From the human T2T-CHM13v2.0 reference genome, Homo sapiens: 64,000 nucleotides of DNA. Below, piece by piece: positions 1 to 17,522 of the stretch; the stretch's first letter is position 1, and each line of letters opens with the position of its first letter. Below the pieces are notes generated by a model. That model saw only the letters and a program-made list of their open reading frames with translations, made no database searches and was not told the DNA's origin. The stretch is from NCBI RefSeq assembly GCF_009914755.1, contig NC_060930.1. One strand, written 5' to 3'. The position numbers were made by a program, and so were the translations under genes.

Positions 1-586
1 CTCTGATATATCCCAGTGTCTGTTGTTTCGCTTTATATGTCTATGTGTCCTAACATTTAGCTCCCACTTAATAGTGAAAACAGGCTGTGTTTGATTCTTA
101 TGTTAGTTTGCTAAGGATAATAACCCCAGTGCCATCCATGTGCCTTCAAAGGGCATGATTTCATTTTTATGGCTGCATAGTATTCCATGGTGTGTATGTA
201 TCATATTTTCTTTGTCCAGTACACCATTGATGGGCATTTAGGTTGATTCCATGTCTTTGCTATCGTAAATAGTGCTGAGATGAACATATACATTGCATGT
301 GTCTTTATAATAGAATGATTTATATTCCTTTGGGTGTATACTTAGTAATGAGATTGCTGGGTAGTTTTATTTTTAGATCTTCAAGGAATTACCAAACTAT
401 TTTCTACAATAATTGAACAAATTTACACTCCTATCAACAGTTTTTAAGTGTTCCTTTTTCTCTGCAACCTCACTAGCACCTGTTATTTTTGACTTTTTAA
501 TAGTAGCCATTCTTACTGGTGTGAGATGGTTTCTCATTGTGGTTTTGATTCGTATTTCTCTAATGATCAGTGTTGGTCAGCTTTTT
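1..586 (-). mobile_element. Old primate L1 (L1PA13-16-like), 3' ORF2/3'UTR part; left piece of the U6/L1 chimera
   Basis: Antisense L1 3' sequence (gctgcatagtattccatggtg, gtgagatggtttctcattgtggttttgatt). It resumes colinearly at ~5177 after the younger L1 insertion. Confidence 0.85.
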
Positions 587-821
587 TTTTTTAATTTAAT
601 TTAATTTTATTTTATTATTATACTTTAAGTTTTAGGGTACATGTACACAATGTGCAGGTTAGTTACATATGTATACATGTGCCATGCTGGTGTGCTGCAC
701 TCATTAACTCGTCATTTAGCATTAGGCATATCTCCTAATGCGATCCCTCCCCCCTCCCCCCACCCCACAATAGTCCCCAGAGTGTGATGTTCCCCTTCCT
801 GTGTCCATGTGTTCTCATTGT

Positions 822-4596
<3,775 letters not shown>

Positions 4597-5176
4597 ATGG
4601 GGAAAAAACAGAGCAGAAAAACTGGAAACTCTAAAAAGCAGAGTGCCTCTCCTCCTCCAAGGGAATGCAGTTCCTCACCAGCAACGGAACAAAGCTGGAC
4701 GGAGAATGACTTTGACGAGTTGAGAGAAGAAGTCTTCAGACGATCAAACTACTCCAAGCTACAGGAGGAAATTCAGACCAAAGGCAAAGAAGTTAAAAAC
4801 TTTGAAAAAAATTTAGACGAATGTATAACTAGAATAACCAATACAGAGAAATGCTTAAAGGAGCTGAAAGCCAAGGCTTGAGAACTACGTGAAGAATGCA
4901 GAAGCCTCAGGAGCCGATGTGATCAACTGGAAGAAAGGGTATCAGTGATGGAAGATGAAATGAATGAAATGAAGCAAGAAGGGAAGTTTAGAGAAAAAAG
5001 AATAAAAAGAAAGGAACAAAGCCTCCAAGAAATATGGGACTATGTGAAAAGACCAAATCTGATTGGTGTACCTGAAAGTGATGGGGAGAATGGAACCAAG
5101 TTGTAAAACACTCTGCAGGATATTATCCAGGAGAACTTCCCCAGTCTAGCAAGGCAGGCCAACATTCAGATTCAGG
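4597..5176 (+). pseudogene. L1 ORF1 N-terminal fragment (premature stop at 4879-4881; truncated at the inversion priming site)
   Basis: MGKKQSRKTGNSKKQSASPPP... The L1 match ends at GCCAACATTCAGATTCAGG. Confidence 0.93.
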
Positions 5177-7520
5177 TCAGCTTTTTCAAATATGCTTATT
5201 GTATGACTTCTTTTGAAAACTATCTGTTCATATCCTCTGCCCACGTTTTAATGGGGTTGTTTGGTTTTCTTGTGAATTTATTTAAGTTTCTTATAGATGC
5301 TGGATATCAGACCTTTGTCAGATGCGTAGTTTGCAAAAAATTTCTCCCATTCTATAGGTTTTCTGTTGAATAATTTCTTTTGCTGTGCAGAAGCTCTTTA
5401 GTTTAATTAGATCTATTTGTCAATTTTTGTTTTAGTTGCAATTGCTTTTGGTGTTTTCATCATGAAGTATTTTCCTGTTCCTATGCCCAGAATGGTTTTG
5501 CCTAGTTCGTCTTTCAGGGATTTCATAATTTTGATTTACATTTAAGTCTTTAATCAATCTTTAGTTGACTTTTATATATGGTGTAAGGAAGGGGGTTAAG
5601 TATATGGTGTAAGGAAAGGGGTCAATCTTCTGCACATGGCTAGCCAGTTATCTCAGCACCATTTATTGAGTAGAAAGTCCTTTCCCCATTGATTGTTTTT
5701 GTCAGCTTTGTCAAAGGTCAGATGGTTGTAGTTGTGTGGTCTTATTTCTGGGCTCTCTATTCTGTTCCATTGGTCTGTGTGTCTGTTTTTGTACCAGTAC
5801 CATGCTGTTTGGGTTACTTTAACCCTGCAGTATAGTTTGAAGTTGGGTAGTATGATGCCTCCAGCTTTGTTCTTTTTGCTTAGGATTACATTGGCTGTTT
5901 GAGCTTTTTTTGTTTGTCTCATATGAATTTTAAAATAGTTTTTTTCTAGCTCTGTGAAGAATGTCATTGATAATTTGTTAAAAATAACATTGAATCTACA
6001 CATTGCTTTGGATCAGTATGGCCATTTTAATTATGTTGATTCTTCCTATGCATGAGCATGGAATATTTTTCCATTTGTTTGATTCCTTTGGGCAGTGTTT
6101 TGCGGCTCTCCTTGTAGGGATCTTTCACCTCCATAGTTAGTTAGCTGTATTCCTAGGTATTTTATTCTTTTTGTGGCAATTCTGAATGAGATTGTGTTCC
6201 TGATTTTGCTCTTGGCTTGTCCATTGTTGGTGTATAGGAATGCTAGGGATTTCTGTGCATTGATTTTGCATCCTGAGACTTCACTGAAGTTGTTTATCAG
6301 CTTAAGGAGTCTTTGGGCCAATACTATGGTGTTTTCTAGATATCAGATCATGTTGTCTGCAAACAGGGTTAGTTTGTCTTCCACTCTTCCTATGCAGATG
6401 TCCTTTATTTCTTTCACTTGCCTGATTACTCTGGCCAGGACTTCCAATATTACGTTGAACAGCAGTGGAGAGAGAGGACATCCTTACATTGTGCTGGTTT
6501 TCAAGGGGGAATGCTTCCAACTTTTGCCCATTCAATATGATGTTGGCTTTGGGTTTGTCATAGATGGCTCTTATTATTTTGAGGTATGTTCCTTCAATAC
6601 CCAGTTTGTTGACAGTTTTGTTTTTGTTTTGTGTTGTTTTTGGTTTTTGGCGATAGAGTCTCACTCTGTTGCCCAGCCTAGAGTACAGTGGTGAGATCTT
6701 GGCTAACTGCATCCTCTGCCTCCTGGGTTCAAGTGATTCTCATGCCTCAGTCTCCTGAGTAGCTGGGACTACTGGTGCACGCCCCCATGGCCTGTTGTTA
6801 TTATTATTATTGTTATTGTATTTTTAGTAGAGATGGGGTTTCACCATGTTGTCCAGGGTGGTCTCTTACTCCTGGACTTAAGTGATCCATCCGCTTCAGC
6901 CTTCCAAAGTGCTGGGATCACAGGCATTAGCCACTGCGCCCGGCCAGTTTCTTAGGAGTTTTTAACTTGAAGGCATGTTGAATTTTACCGAAAGCCTTTT
7001 CTACATCTATTGAGATAATCATGTGGCTTTTGTCTTTAGTTCTATTTATTTATGTGATGAATCTCATTCATTGATTTGCGTATGTTCAATTAATCTTGCA
7101 TCCCAGGGATAAAGCCTACTTGATTATGGTGTATAAGTTTTTTGATGTGCTGCTGGATTCAGTTTGCCTGCATTTTGTTGAGGATTTTTGCATCAGTATT
7201 CATCAAGGATATTGACCTAAAGATTTCTTTTTGTGTTTGTGTCTCTGTCAGGTTTTCATATCATGATGATACTGGCCTCATAGAATGAGTTGGGGAGAAG
7301 GCCTTCCTCCTCAATTTTTTGGAATAATTTTAGTAGCAATGGTACAAGCTCTTTTGTGTACATCTGGTAGAATTTGGCTGTGAATCCATCTGGTCTTAGG
7401 CTTTTTTTGGTTGGTAGGGTATTTATTACTGGTTCAATTTCAGAGCTATTATTGGTCTGTTTAGAGATTAAATTTCTCCTTGGTTCAGTCTTGGGAGGGT
7501 GTATGTGTCCAGGAGTTTGT
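5177..7520 (-). mobile_element. Old primate L1 ORF2 fragment (continuation of 1-586), joined at its 5' end to U6
   Basis: Degenerate ORF2 peptides in ORFs 5653..6003, 6046..6321 and 6302..6712. It stops abruptly at 7520. Confidence 0.9.
6617..6945 (-). mobile_element. AluS-type SINE inside the old L1
   Basis: Antisense Alu dimer ending cgcccggcc at 6945, with a T/G-rich tail and a degenerate TSD (agtttgttgacagtttt / agtttcttaggagtttt). Confidence 0.92.
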
Positions 7521-7628
7521 AAAAAATATGGAACACTTCATGAATTTGCATGTCATCCTTGTGCAGGGGGCATGCTAATCTTCTCTGCATCTTTCTAATT
7601 TTAGTGTATGTGCTGCCAAAGTGAGCAC
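7521..7628 (-). pseudogene. Full-length U6 snRNA retrocopy (RNU6-type pseudogene), 5' part of a U6/L1 chimera
   Basis: Reverse complement reads GTGCTCACTTTGGCAGCACATACAC...GAAGTGTTCCATATTTTTT. It has about 11 substitutions versus U6, six of them CpG transitions, and the ACAGAGA box is mutated to GCAGAGA. Confidence 0.96.
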
Positions 7629-8596
7629 TAGAAGATTTCAAAAGATAAGGACATATTGATTAGTAGTGATACATTTGTTGGCTCAAGAAACTGTTATTCC
7701 AATCTTAGAGGTGTCCTATCTAAAGTTCATATATAAAATATAATCTAGAACATCTTAAAATTATCTGGCTACTTTAAAAAATAATTTAAAATATCTGTCC
7801 TAATTACCAGACCAGTAGAAATAGGCATATAGTGAGTGGCTAATATCTACTTGATGGATTAAGTTATTTTGGGATGAAAATTTTGTTGTTTTAAATGAGC
7901 TAGGCCGCTGGTAGTAAACTGCATACCTATTTTGTTTTGCTAGTCTTTTGTCATTATGCACTTTAATTTTTACTTAACAATGGTGAAGAAAGCAAGAAAT
8001 TACTTGTCAGCAAATGATGTTAACAAATGGTACTGAGACACATGAAATTATGAAATAAGTATAAAATGATGTATTATAAAAATATTTGTTTTATTTTATG
8101 CTGATGAAAGTTTGTAGAATGATTAACATTTTTTTCTTAGCATGTTTTGTTTACAACTTTTTGCTACACTTGTATTAGAAACGTGTAATGTGTTTTAATT
8201 TTACTGTTTGTTTTTAATAAGCGGTTCTCAAATGTATGTGCCTCAAAGCAATATAATTTTGATTTTTGTTCAAGTATATTTCCTTCATAGACTGACAGAT
8301 ACCTCTACTCATTGTAGTTGGTAAGGAACCCAAACAGATGGAGAACTGCCATGTAAACTATATCCTTCTCTATGTCAGTCTCACACAGGCAATTACATAT
8401 TATTGGAAACAATATACAGAATTTATTTACCAGAATTACATGGAACCAGCACATACTTACAAAGGAGCCAGAAAATGCAATCCTACCCTTATTCCTGGAA
8501 GATATACAGGTGGAATTATTTTGGGGGCATCAAAATGGCTACTACATTGTTCATTATATTTTTTGTTGTAATAACAATTTATATGTATTGTAAGTT

Positions 8597-8793
8597 AGCA
8601 TAGTGTAGTGATTACAAGTATATATTCTAGAGCTTGAATACTGGATTTTAAATTGTGTCTCTGCCATTTAACTAGCTGTAAGTTCAACTCTCTGTTTTTT
8701 AGTTTTCTTATCTGAGTATTTTGATATTTCTATAAAGCATTGTTTTGACTATTAAATATGGTAATAGGGTTAAAACACTTAGAACATTGCCTT
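8597..8793 (+). mobile_element. MIR SINE (degenerate)
   Basis: MIR core-like sequence: agcatagtgtagtg...ctctgccatttaactagctgt...aaacacttagaacattgcct. Confidence 0.65.
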
Positions 8794-10829
8794 ACAAGGA
8801 GATTCCTATAATTTTAGGAAGTTTATCATAAATCCTATAAATTTAAGATTTACGGTTGGATTAGATCTAAGATTTAAATATACCTAGTGTGCAGAATTAA
8901 GTAAATGGTCTTTCCCTTGAAAGTTTGTACATCTAGAGATTCAAATAAAGATCTGAGGGAAAAATGTTCAACTACGACCTTGTAGGGGCTCAGTCTTACA
9001 TAGGCAAATGTAGCCTGGCTAACCTTCTAATGCTGACAGGGATAAGGGAAAGTAGGGAAGAGAAGTTCAGACTCTGGCTCAGTAGCAAGGTTGCTTCCAC
9101 AGCTTTTGGCAGGGGACTGAAATGAATGAGAGGTGAGGACTACATTTTTTATTGCAAAGCTGGTAGGTAGTTTTCTGGTTCTGTCATGAAAGCAACTCCT
9201 AAAGCAGTAACAGGAGAAATTCTGATTAGCAATAACGAGGAAGAATCTGTTATTGCATTTACGTAGTTGATAAAGAGTATATTCATTAAAGTACCACAGG
9301 GTATTGGTACTGGTCTACTTTGGGAAATGCCGTAAGCCTATAACATTTTCTTAAGTATACTCTTGGTGAGGACATATTCTTCATCTTGTAGGAAATTTGA
9401 TTTTTCATCAAAATTAATGGCTGAATCATAATCTGGATGATAAACATGGTAGTACCATTACAAAAGTAAGTGCAACTATGAAGTAATGGTACTAGAGTTC
9501 TATGGTTCATAAAACAATACAATAGGCATTTCTTTAAACAAGTTTTTAAAAGTTTTACATATAAGCAGAATAAATTCCTAACCTGATATCTAAAAGTGAA
9601 CATTTGTTTGAAGATACAGATATAATAATATGACAGTATTTTTCTTAAAATATAACATGCATATGTAATTTTATAGGCTCATATATCAATTGTATATTTA
9701 TTTACTAAATTATGATTTATGGAAGAAAACTAAAGGGACTGAATATCTTGATTTGGCATAATAAACCCACATGGGGTTTTCAATTCACAATATGTATTGT
9801 GTAAACAGGTTTTATTGGGAAAAAATCACATAGTGTAAAGAGAAGGCACACGATTACTTGTTATTTTATGTCTATGACCAGGTTATCTGAAGAAGTTCTT
9901 GCTGTTTATTTGTGACTAGATTCTTTGGCAAGCTACAGGCCTTCTTAGCACTGACACTGATCTTTTATTCTTCACTGCCTCCAAACATTTAAATAGGATA
10001 GTACTGATAACAACAATAACAACAACAATAAAAACAGCTCAAGGAAGATTAAAAAACAATCCAATCAAATTATTCATTGTGGTGCTTAATTAGGGCTCCT
10101 ATGAGTGCTCTATTTCAGGTGAATGGATCCCCTGCTCCTCCTTCTAGTTCCTGGAATAAACCTGTGTCTGGTCTATGTTGCTGGACATGTAGGTGTTTAG
10201 AGTTTAGAGTCCCAGTAAGGGGAACTATTTCTTACTATTTATTTTTCTCATTCAGCTTCCTTATAATTCAAGTGTTGGAAATGACTTATGCATATGAGTC
10301 AAACAGAGCAAGGTTTAGACACCAGGATACTGGGGTATAAAGGTCAGCTATGCATTAAAATTTGAGGGGCTTGAATAAAGTTGAGCTTCAATATAATGAC
10401 CTTGCATGAAATTAAGATCAGCTGTGCAAGCAAAGAGTCTACCACTGTCCACAGTCTTCTAAAAAGGTGATCTCAGGTGTAAACTCTCCCCTTGGATTTT
10501 TAGAGAAAGAAAAATTACCAATCTCCAGTCAACTGATTGCTATGCAACCTAACTTCCAGGGTTTCTTTATGACCATCCTGCTTGTCTCTATTCATACGTT
10601 TCAAAGCCTTGTCTATATAATCCCAAAACATCAGATATAGCTGAAAGAATAGTCAATCAGCATGATCCTGGAAACCCAAAGCTATGGCTAGGCTTCTAGC
10701 TTCATCAAAATGGGTTTTTAAAAAAAATCAACAGGAAAAATAACTGTTGTATGGCCCACAGTTTTATTACGACTTGTCTAAAACTCTTTATACTACATGT
10801 ATTATAGAATTTAGAGGGCTTTTAAAAAA

Positions 10830-11065
10830 TATTTTAGAAACATAATACACTGCATATACATGTACTATGTAACATCACAGTGGGATCTGGGGCAATGCCC
10901 CAAAATCAAATACAGTAATATTTGTGTAGCAAAATATATGAATATTTAACTACTTGAACTACTAAGGACATATCAGTTGAGATCAGGTTTGCTATGAATG
11001 TCAAAAAATTTTTGTTTTAAAGTTTTTTTTATTTTTAACTAAATTTAATAAATTATGGATTTGAA
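10830..11065. mobile_element. Ancient DNA-transposon fragment (MER46C-like, TcMar-Tigger)
   Basis: gggatctggggcaatgccccaaaatcaaatacagtaatattt...gatcaggtttgct resembles the recalled MER46C consensus. Confidence 0.45.
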
Positions 11066-12086
11066 TTGCAGTTTTATTCTACAAGCCAAAAATAAGGAAC
11101 ACTCAGATGCATTAACCTTAACTAAAGTGCTCACAAAATTCCCAATTTAATATCATAAGAATCACATGAATGACTGTTTTAAATGATTGGGCTCTTTTTT
11201 TTTTCTTATCAATACCAGCCAATTTGGTGACATTTAGAAGGTGCCAAGAATAAAAGATCAAGGTCAATGCAAACATGTGCTCACAACAGTCAAAGAAATT
11301 GGTCACAAAATGTACAGCAAGAACTTCTTGTTCAGTGGACTGAGTCAAAGATGCTAAATACAGAAATACAGACCAAATGTTTAGTTCTAGATATTAATAC
11401 TTAAACAATCCAAGCAGTTGCTTGCATTTGATTATTTTTGAACATTCAGAATGAGTTTTTCATTTTCATCTGACTAGTAGGACCAAAAAAAAAATGGGTA
11501 AATACATGCATAGAGAAAAAAGTTAGTGAAGAATGCTTATTATAAACATGTATGTATGCATGTATGCATTCATATATGTATTTAAAATGGTATTAATATC
11601 ACTTTAATGAGATAAAATTAGAGAATGATGAATTTTAAGATCATGATTAAAATTTGAATATAAATGAGGAGGAAATAAAATTTTACCCCATAAAGCATGA
11701 TCCTTCTCTTTTATTTATTTATTTATATACTCATTCATGTATTAATTTAGCCAAGTAATATTTAATGAATGCTGGGGTTATAAAATTTTGCATAATATAA
11801 AACCTGGCTCTGAAGTGCTCACAATCTTCAAGTCCTGAGCTCCCTACGCTTGCCTTTTCTCTATTGGTAAAGTGTACTTTCAATTTGTGAAATCATGGAT
11901 GGCTTTAAATTTTGAGAGTAGGTTCTGTGTGGCTGGAAAGATATTTTCGATTTTGACCCTAGTTGTAAAACTCAAGTAGCATATCTGTGGCTTCACTTCC
12001 CCTCTCTCAGCAGTCTCCTTCCATTTACCCTGCATATAACATAGGAATTTGCCATTACTATACTCACACAATAGTACAGTATGTGG

Positions 12087-12458
12087 TATATCAGTCCGTT
12101 TTCACACTGCTATAAAGAACTACCTGAGACTGGGTGACTTATGAAGAAAAGAGGCTTAATTGACTCAGAGTTCCACAGGCTTAACAGGAAGCATGACTGG
12201 GAGACCTCAGGAAACTTACAATCATGGCAGAAGGTGAAATGGAAACAAGGCATATCTTACATGATGGCAGGAGAGTGAGAGCAAAGAGAAGTGCCACACT
12301 TTTAAACCATCAGATCCCATGAGAACTCACTCACTATCAGGAGAACGGCATGGGGAAAACTGCCACCATGATCCAGTCACCTCCTATCATGTCCCTCCCT
12401 TGACATGTGGCGATTATTACAATTCAAGGCGAAATTTGGGTGGGGCTGAACCACATCA
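12087..12458 (-). mobile_element. THE1D/MST-type ERVL-MaLR solo LTR
   Basis: cacactgctataaagaactacctgagactggg...caggaaacttacaatcatggcagaagg, with a 5-bp TSD TGTGG/TGTAG. Confidence 0.88.
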
Positions 12459-13850
12459 TGTAGTGAAAGAAATATGAATGTTTAAAGAAGCTCTTGGAGA
12501 AACTTAATTAAGTCTTTACTTTTATTCTTATCTCCTTCTGTACCATTTGGCTACCACATAGATTCTAAGGAAGAATCTGTCCTTTGATGGGCAAAGACAT
12601 TTGAGCTTAGGAACTAATTACCTTCTGCCAGTTAACAGATTTATTTTAAATTCCTTGGAAAAAAGTTAAACCGGAGGTTTTGAAGTTAACTAGGGCTTCA
12701 CCTTTGAAGTTCCTTAATGCTTTGTGCTAACACATTAACTTTTTCTTGATGGTACAAGTTGCTTTAAATCACTTATTAAAAAGTTTATTTGTCATTCCAT
12801 TCTCCAGGAAACCATTTCTGGGAGAATTTGAAGAGATTGTAATTTCATATTTCTTCCAATTTATCAACTTTGAGTTGAGTTTCTTTCTGTGGAAAGTAAA
12901 ATAGTTAAAGCACAACAGTACAATGTCAATAGGAATATCAACATTATTTTGATTAAACTGGCTAAGGAAACCATTTTTAAAGTGACTTTTAAATAATAAT
13001 TTGTGGAAAACAAGAAATATATATACAAGATATGGCTAAAATAATTAGAATGTCATCCTACCTAAACTGATGGCATATACTAAATATACTAGGACACTTC
13101 CTCTGAGTAGCTATCAGTTCTTGTCATCGATCCCCCATCCCCACTGCTTTTCCAGTGAGGAAACAAAAGTACCTGTGAATGCCTGGTATTGACCTACACA
13201 TCCTCAATTTTATTTGGCCCAGTATCTTTCTGTCCCAGAGGCACAACCCCTTGTAGAGATGATCAAGCTTGCGTTTTGAAATACAAAGCTCTTAAAAATT
13301 ATAGGAACTTGACTCCTTTGTTTCCGATTTTGATAATAAGTGTCTTCCCTTTTGTAAAATATAAATAAAAATTTGTAAATTTGTTGCATATTCAGTGAAT
13401 CAAGTATTGGTTCAACCAAGAGATATAATTCACAAAAAAGAGCCAAAGAGAAATTCTGTGACTGGAAGAATACAATACATGAAATTAAAAAACAGAAGAA
13501 AGAATAATAACAGAATTTATCAAGCAGAAGAAAGAATCTTGAAACTCGAAGAAAGGTCAGTTAGAAATATCCAATCAGGGGAGGGAAATAAAGAATGCAA
13601 AGGAATGAGGAAAGCCTACAGGGTGTATGAAAAAAATTCAAAAAAGCTAACACTCACATCATAGAAGTTAGAGAAGGAGAAGAGAGAGAAAGGGACAGAA
13701 AGCTTATTTAAGGAAATAAAAGTTGAAATCTTCCGAAATCTGGGGGAAGACATGAACATCCAAGTACTTCACATCTCAAAAGTCTCCCATCCCAGGTTCA
13801 ACCCAAAGAAGACTCTACCAAGGCATATTTAAATTAAGCTGTAAAAATCA

Positions 13851-14225
<375 letters not shown>

Positions 14226-14500
14226 CTATCCAGAGATTTTTTGGCAGAAACTTTGCATGCCAGAAAAAAAGTGAAATGATAGAGTCAAAGCGCTGAAAGA
14301 AAATATCTGCCCACCAAAAGTATTTACGTGGAAAATCTGCTCTTCAGAAATAAAAAGGGCAGTTAAATACTTCCCCAGACAAACAAAAGCTGAGGGAATT
14401 CATCACTTCTTGATCTGCCTCACAAAAAATGCTATAGAAAGTTATTCAAACTGAAACTAAAATGAGCTAAGTAGTAGCATGAAAGTATATGCAATTGTAA

Positions 14501-14680
14501 AACTCACTGTTAAAATTACTGTGTAGTCAATCTTAGAATACTCTAAAACTGTAATGCTGGTGTGTAAATCCCTTAACTCTCTAGTATAAAGCTCACCGTT
14601 TAAATTAATATATAACCAATCTCAGAATACTCTTAATACTGTAATGCTGGTGTGTAAATCTCTTATCTGTCTAGTATAAT
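14501..14680 (+). repeat. Diverged ~90-bp tandem duplication within the L1M
   Basis: Two copies of ctcac..tt.aaatta...caatct.agaatactct..a.actgtaatgctggtgtgtaaatc...ctagtataa. Confidence 0.8.
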
Positions 14681-17400
14681 GGTTAAAAAATAAAACTATT
14701 AAAACTGACTATAGCTACAATAATTTGTTAAGAAATACACCATATTAAAAGATGTAAATTTTGACATAAAACATAAAATGAAAAGGGAAGTAAAAGTGTA
14801 GTTTTTGTATATGATCAAATTTGTTATCAGCTTAAAATAAACTGTTATAAGAGGTTTTATGTAAGCCTAATGGTAAACAAAAAGAAAACATCTATAGTTA
14901 ATGCATAAAAGATAAAGAGAAAAAAAGAACCAGAAAATATACAAAACAGCTAAAAAAAAAAAAGATGTTAAAGTGACAATAGTAAGTCCTTACCTAGAAA
15001 GTATTACCATGAATGTGAATGCATTAGAACTTTCAACCAAAGACATGGAGTGGATGGATACATTTCAAAAACCTAACAATATGCTGCATACAAGAAACTT
15101 GCTTCATCTTTAAGGACTGAAAATGAAAGGATAGAAAAAGGTTGTGAAAACCAAAAGAAAGCACATGTGTTTATACTTGTAACAGATAAAATAGACTTTG
15201 AATTGAAAACTTTAAAAAGAGAAAAAGAAGGTCATTATATAATGAGAAAGAGGTCAATTTAACAAGATAATATAACAATTATAAATATATATGATCTCAA
15301 ATTGGAGCACCTAAATGTATGAAGAAATATTAATGGATGTAAAAGCAGAGAGAGATTATAATACAATAATAGTAGAAATCTTCAATGCCCCACTTTCAAC
15401 AGTGGATAGATCACCCATACAGAAAAATCAGTAAAGAAATATTGAACTTGAAGTACACTTTCAACCAAATGCATACAACATACCAAAACTTATGAGATAT
15501 AGTGAAAGCAGGTCTTATCTAAACTGGATTTAGAAAATCCTGATGTGGTAGAAGTGCCGTATTATTTTTTTCTATTGCCAAAGAAAAGTATATGAATGCC
15601 AGTGACTGGTCTGAGATCATGACACTGTATAAGAGAAACATGCTTTGTAGAGTTTGTTGTGTCATCTGGAAAAATTCAATTAACCTCTCCAACTTTATTC
15701 TCTCTCTTTCTCTGACTCTCACTCTCATGTATAAAATAAGATTTAAGACTAGATGACATCTAATGTCAATATTTGCATCTCAACATTTGCATTCTGTTTT
15801 AAAGACAAAACCATCAACACAAGTTTCCTAATGTATTAAAGTTTTAATATTTAATTGACAGTCTGGTAATAAATGTAATGATAACAGTATCCTAGCAAGT
15901 ATGTTTCTGTGTGGTATTTTGAAATCTTAGATATTCCTAAGGATTTCAAATATGGATTCTGTTAGTTACTCTATTTGATGCAAATATAATTCCACGATCT
16001 CTTTTTTTCAGGTTGAAACCTACAAATTTTGATTAGGCAAGCTGAACAGTTAGTAAGCATGGCATGGCTGAGAAGCACTCCACCCTACCCCTGATATATT
16101 TTCTCGTGATCACCAGGAAAGTCCATTTTCATCTCGAGTTACATGGAAATGCATAGTTCTCACCCTTACTGCATCCAAGGGGCCTAGAGACACTTCATAA
16201 ACACTCTAAAACTGTTCTCCTTTACTCCTTTATATTTTGTTCAGCCTCTTGAACTTTACAACTCTCAAGAAGCAATCTTTTTTTGGCAGGAAGCTGCATG
16301 AGTGATAACCCAAGTAAGCAGTGTCATCTACCTGAAGGATGACACTGGAAATTGCATGATTTGTAAGAGAAGAAATTGTCACATTCTGAATGGTGTTTCA
16401 TTATGAGTTTGAGCCAGAGTATATCTTCACACAAACTGTTCTTACACCATCCCCAAATTATCTTGCCTCATGAAATTCAAGTTATGAATGTTCATGCAGA
16501 TTTTTTTCAAAAGGGCAACTTGTGTTTTAATTAATGTTCTTAAAAGGTCTTAAAGGTGAAAAATGTTATAAATTATTGAAGATAATTTGATGAGTTCTAG
16601 ATTAATGTCATTTATTAAAGATTTTACTTAAGTTTCAGCCAGTGTTAAGCATTTGCTTGATGCTAAATATAGACAGATTACTTCAATCTAATTCTAAAAT
16701 ATAAATGTATAAAATAAGCTTTATGAAATACTAAGGTTTTATTATTTTCAATATGAAAAATTTCTCAGGATTATTTGAAAAGCAAGTTTTTTTTTTTTAT
16801 TTGTAGTGGTGAAGGCATTTGCATATGATTAACCATTTGGCAAAGAACCTAAGGCAAGGACAATTTCACTGCTGAAATACTAACTTTGTAAAACAATTAA
16901 AATTTTTAAGTAAATTAGATATGAACACATTTTAAATAGTCTTATTTTGAAACAAGAAGTACATTTTTTTTTCTAGGAAAAGCAGTGTAATAGGACAAAT
17001 TGATTTAAGGCAAATTATCAGTTCTCTGATGTCCTCTGACTATACCTACAAGTGAAGAACTTGTTGTAAAGGTCTCTTCTGGTTATTAAATTACAATTTT
17101 ATTTTTTTAAATAATAATGCCAAGATCCTCAAATGATATAAAGGTTATGGATGGATAAAAACTTGTGTCTTGTTTGAAGGTTATGAAAATTTGGTGAAAA
17201 CTGCTGATTAATTTGTTTTTATATTGTCCATATATTATAGTATAATTTTTAATTTCAGTTGTCTTTAATCATGTAACTTGTTTTATATTAATATTTTCAT
17301 AATTCCAAAGTCTAAAAACAGCACTTATATTCGGTCATATTTCCCTGAAAGTAGGTATTTATATGAGGGTAGGGTTAAGCACCTATCTAGTATAACATTT

Positions 17401-17522
17401 TCTTTTTTTTAATTTTTTTGAGACAGTTTTACTCTATATCACTCAGACTGCCATGCAGTGGCACAATCATGGCTCACTGCAAACTCTGCCTCCCAGGCTC
17501 AAGAGATCCTCCCACCTCAGCC
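17401..17522 (-). mobile_element. 5'-truncated AluJ/FRAM-like monomer
   Basis: Antisense right-arm sequence ending cacctcagcc, flanked by AACATTTT on both sides. Confidence 0.8.

Noticed and set aside
5574-5625. Short duplication tatatggtgtaaggaa inside the old L1
   Set aside because: Ordinary slippage in a decayed repeat with no evident consequence.
7521-7628. Functional U6 snRNA gene
   Set aside because: It shows CpG decay, a mutated ACAGAGA box, no recognisable upstream PSE/TATA arrangement, and fusion to L1.
9286-9603. 105-aa minus-strand ORF
   Set aside because: No recognisable homology; composition is typical of AT-rich non-coding DNA.
15770-16830. Several octamer (ATGCAAAT/ATTTGCAT) matches
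   Set aside because: Plausibly chance in AT-rich DNA, with no supporting evidence from sequence alone.
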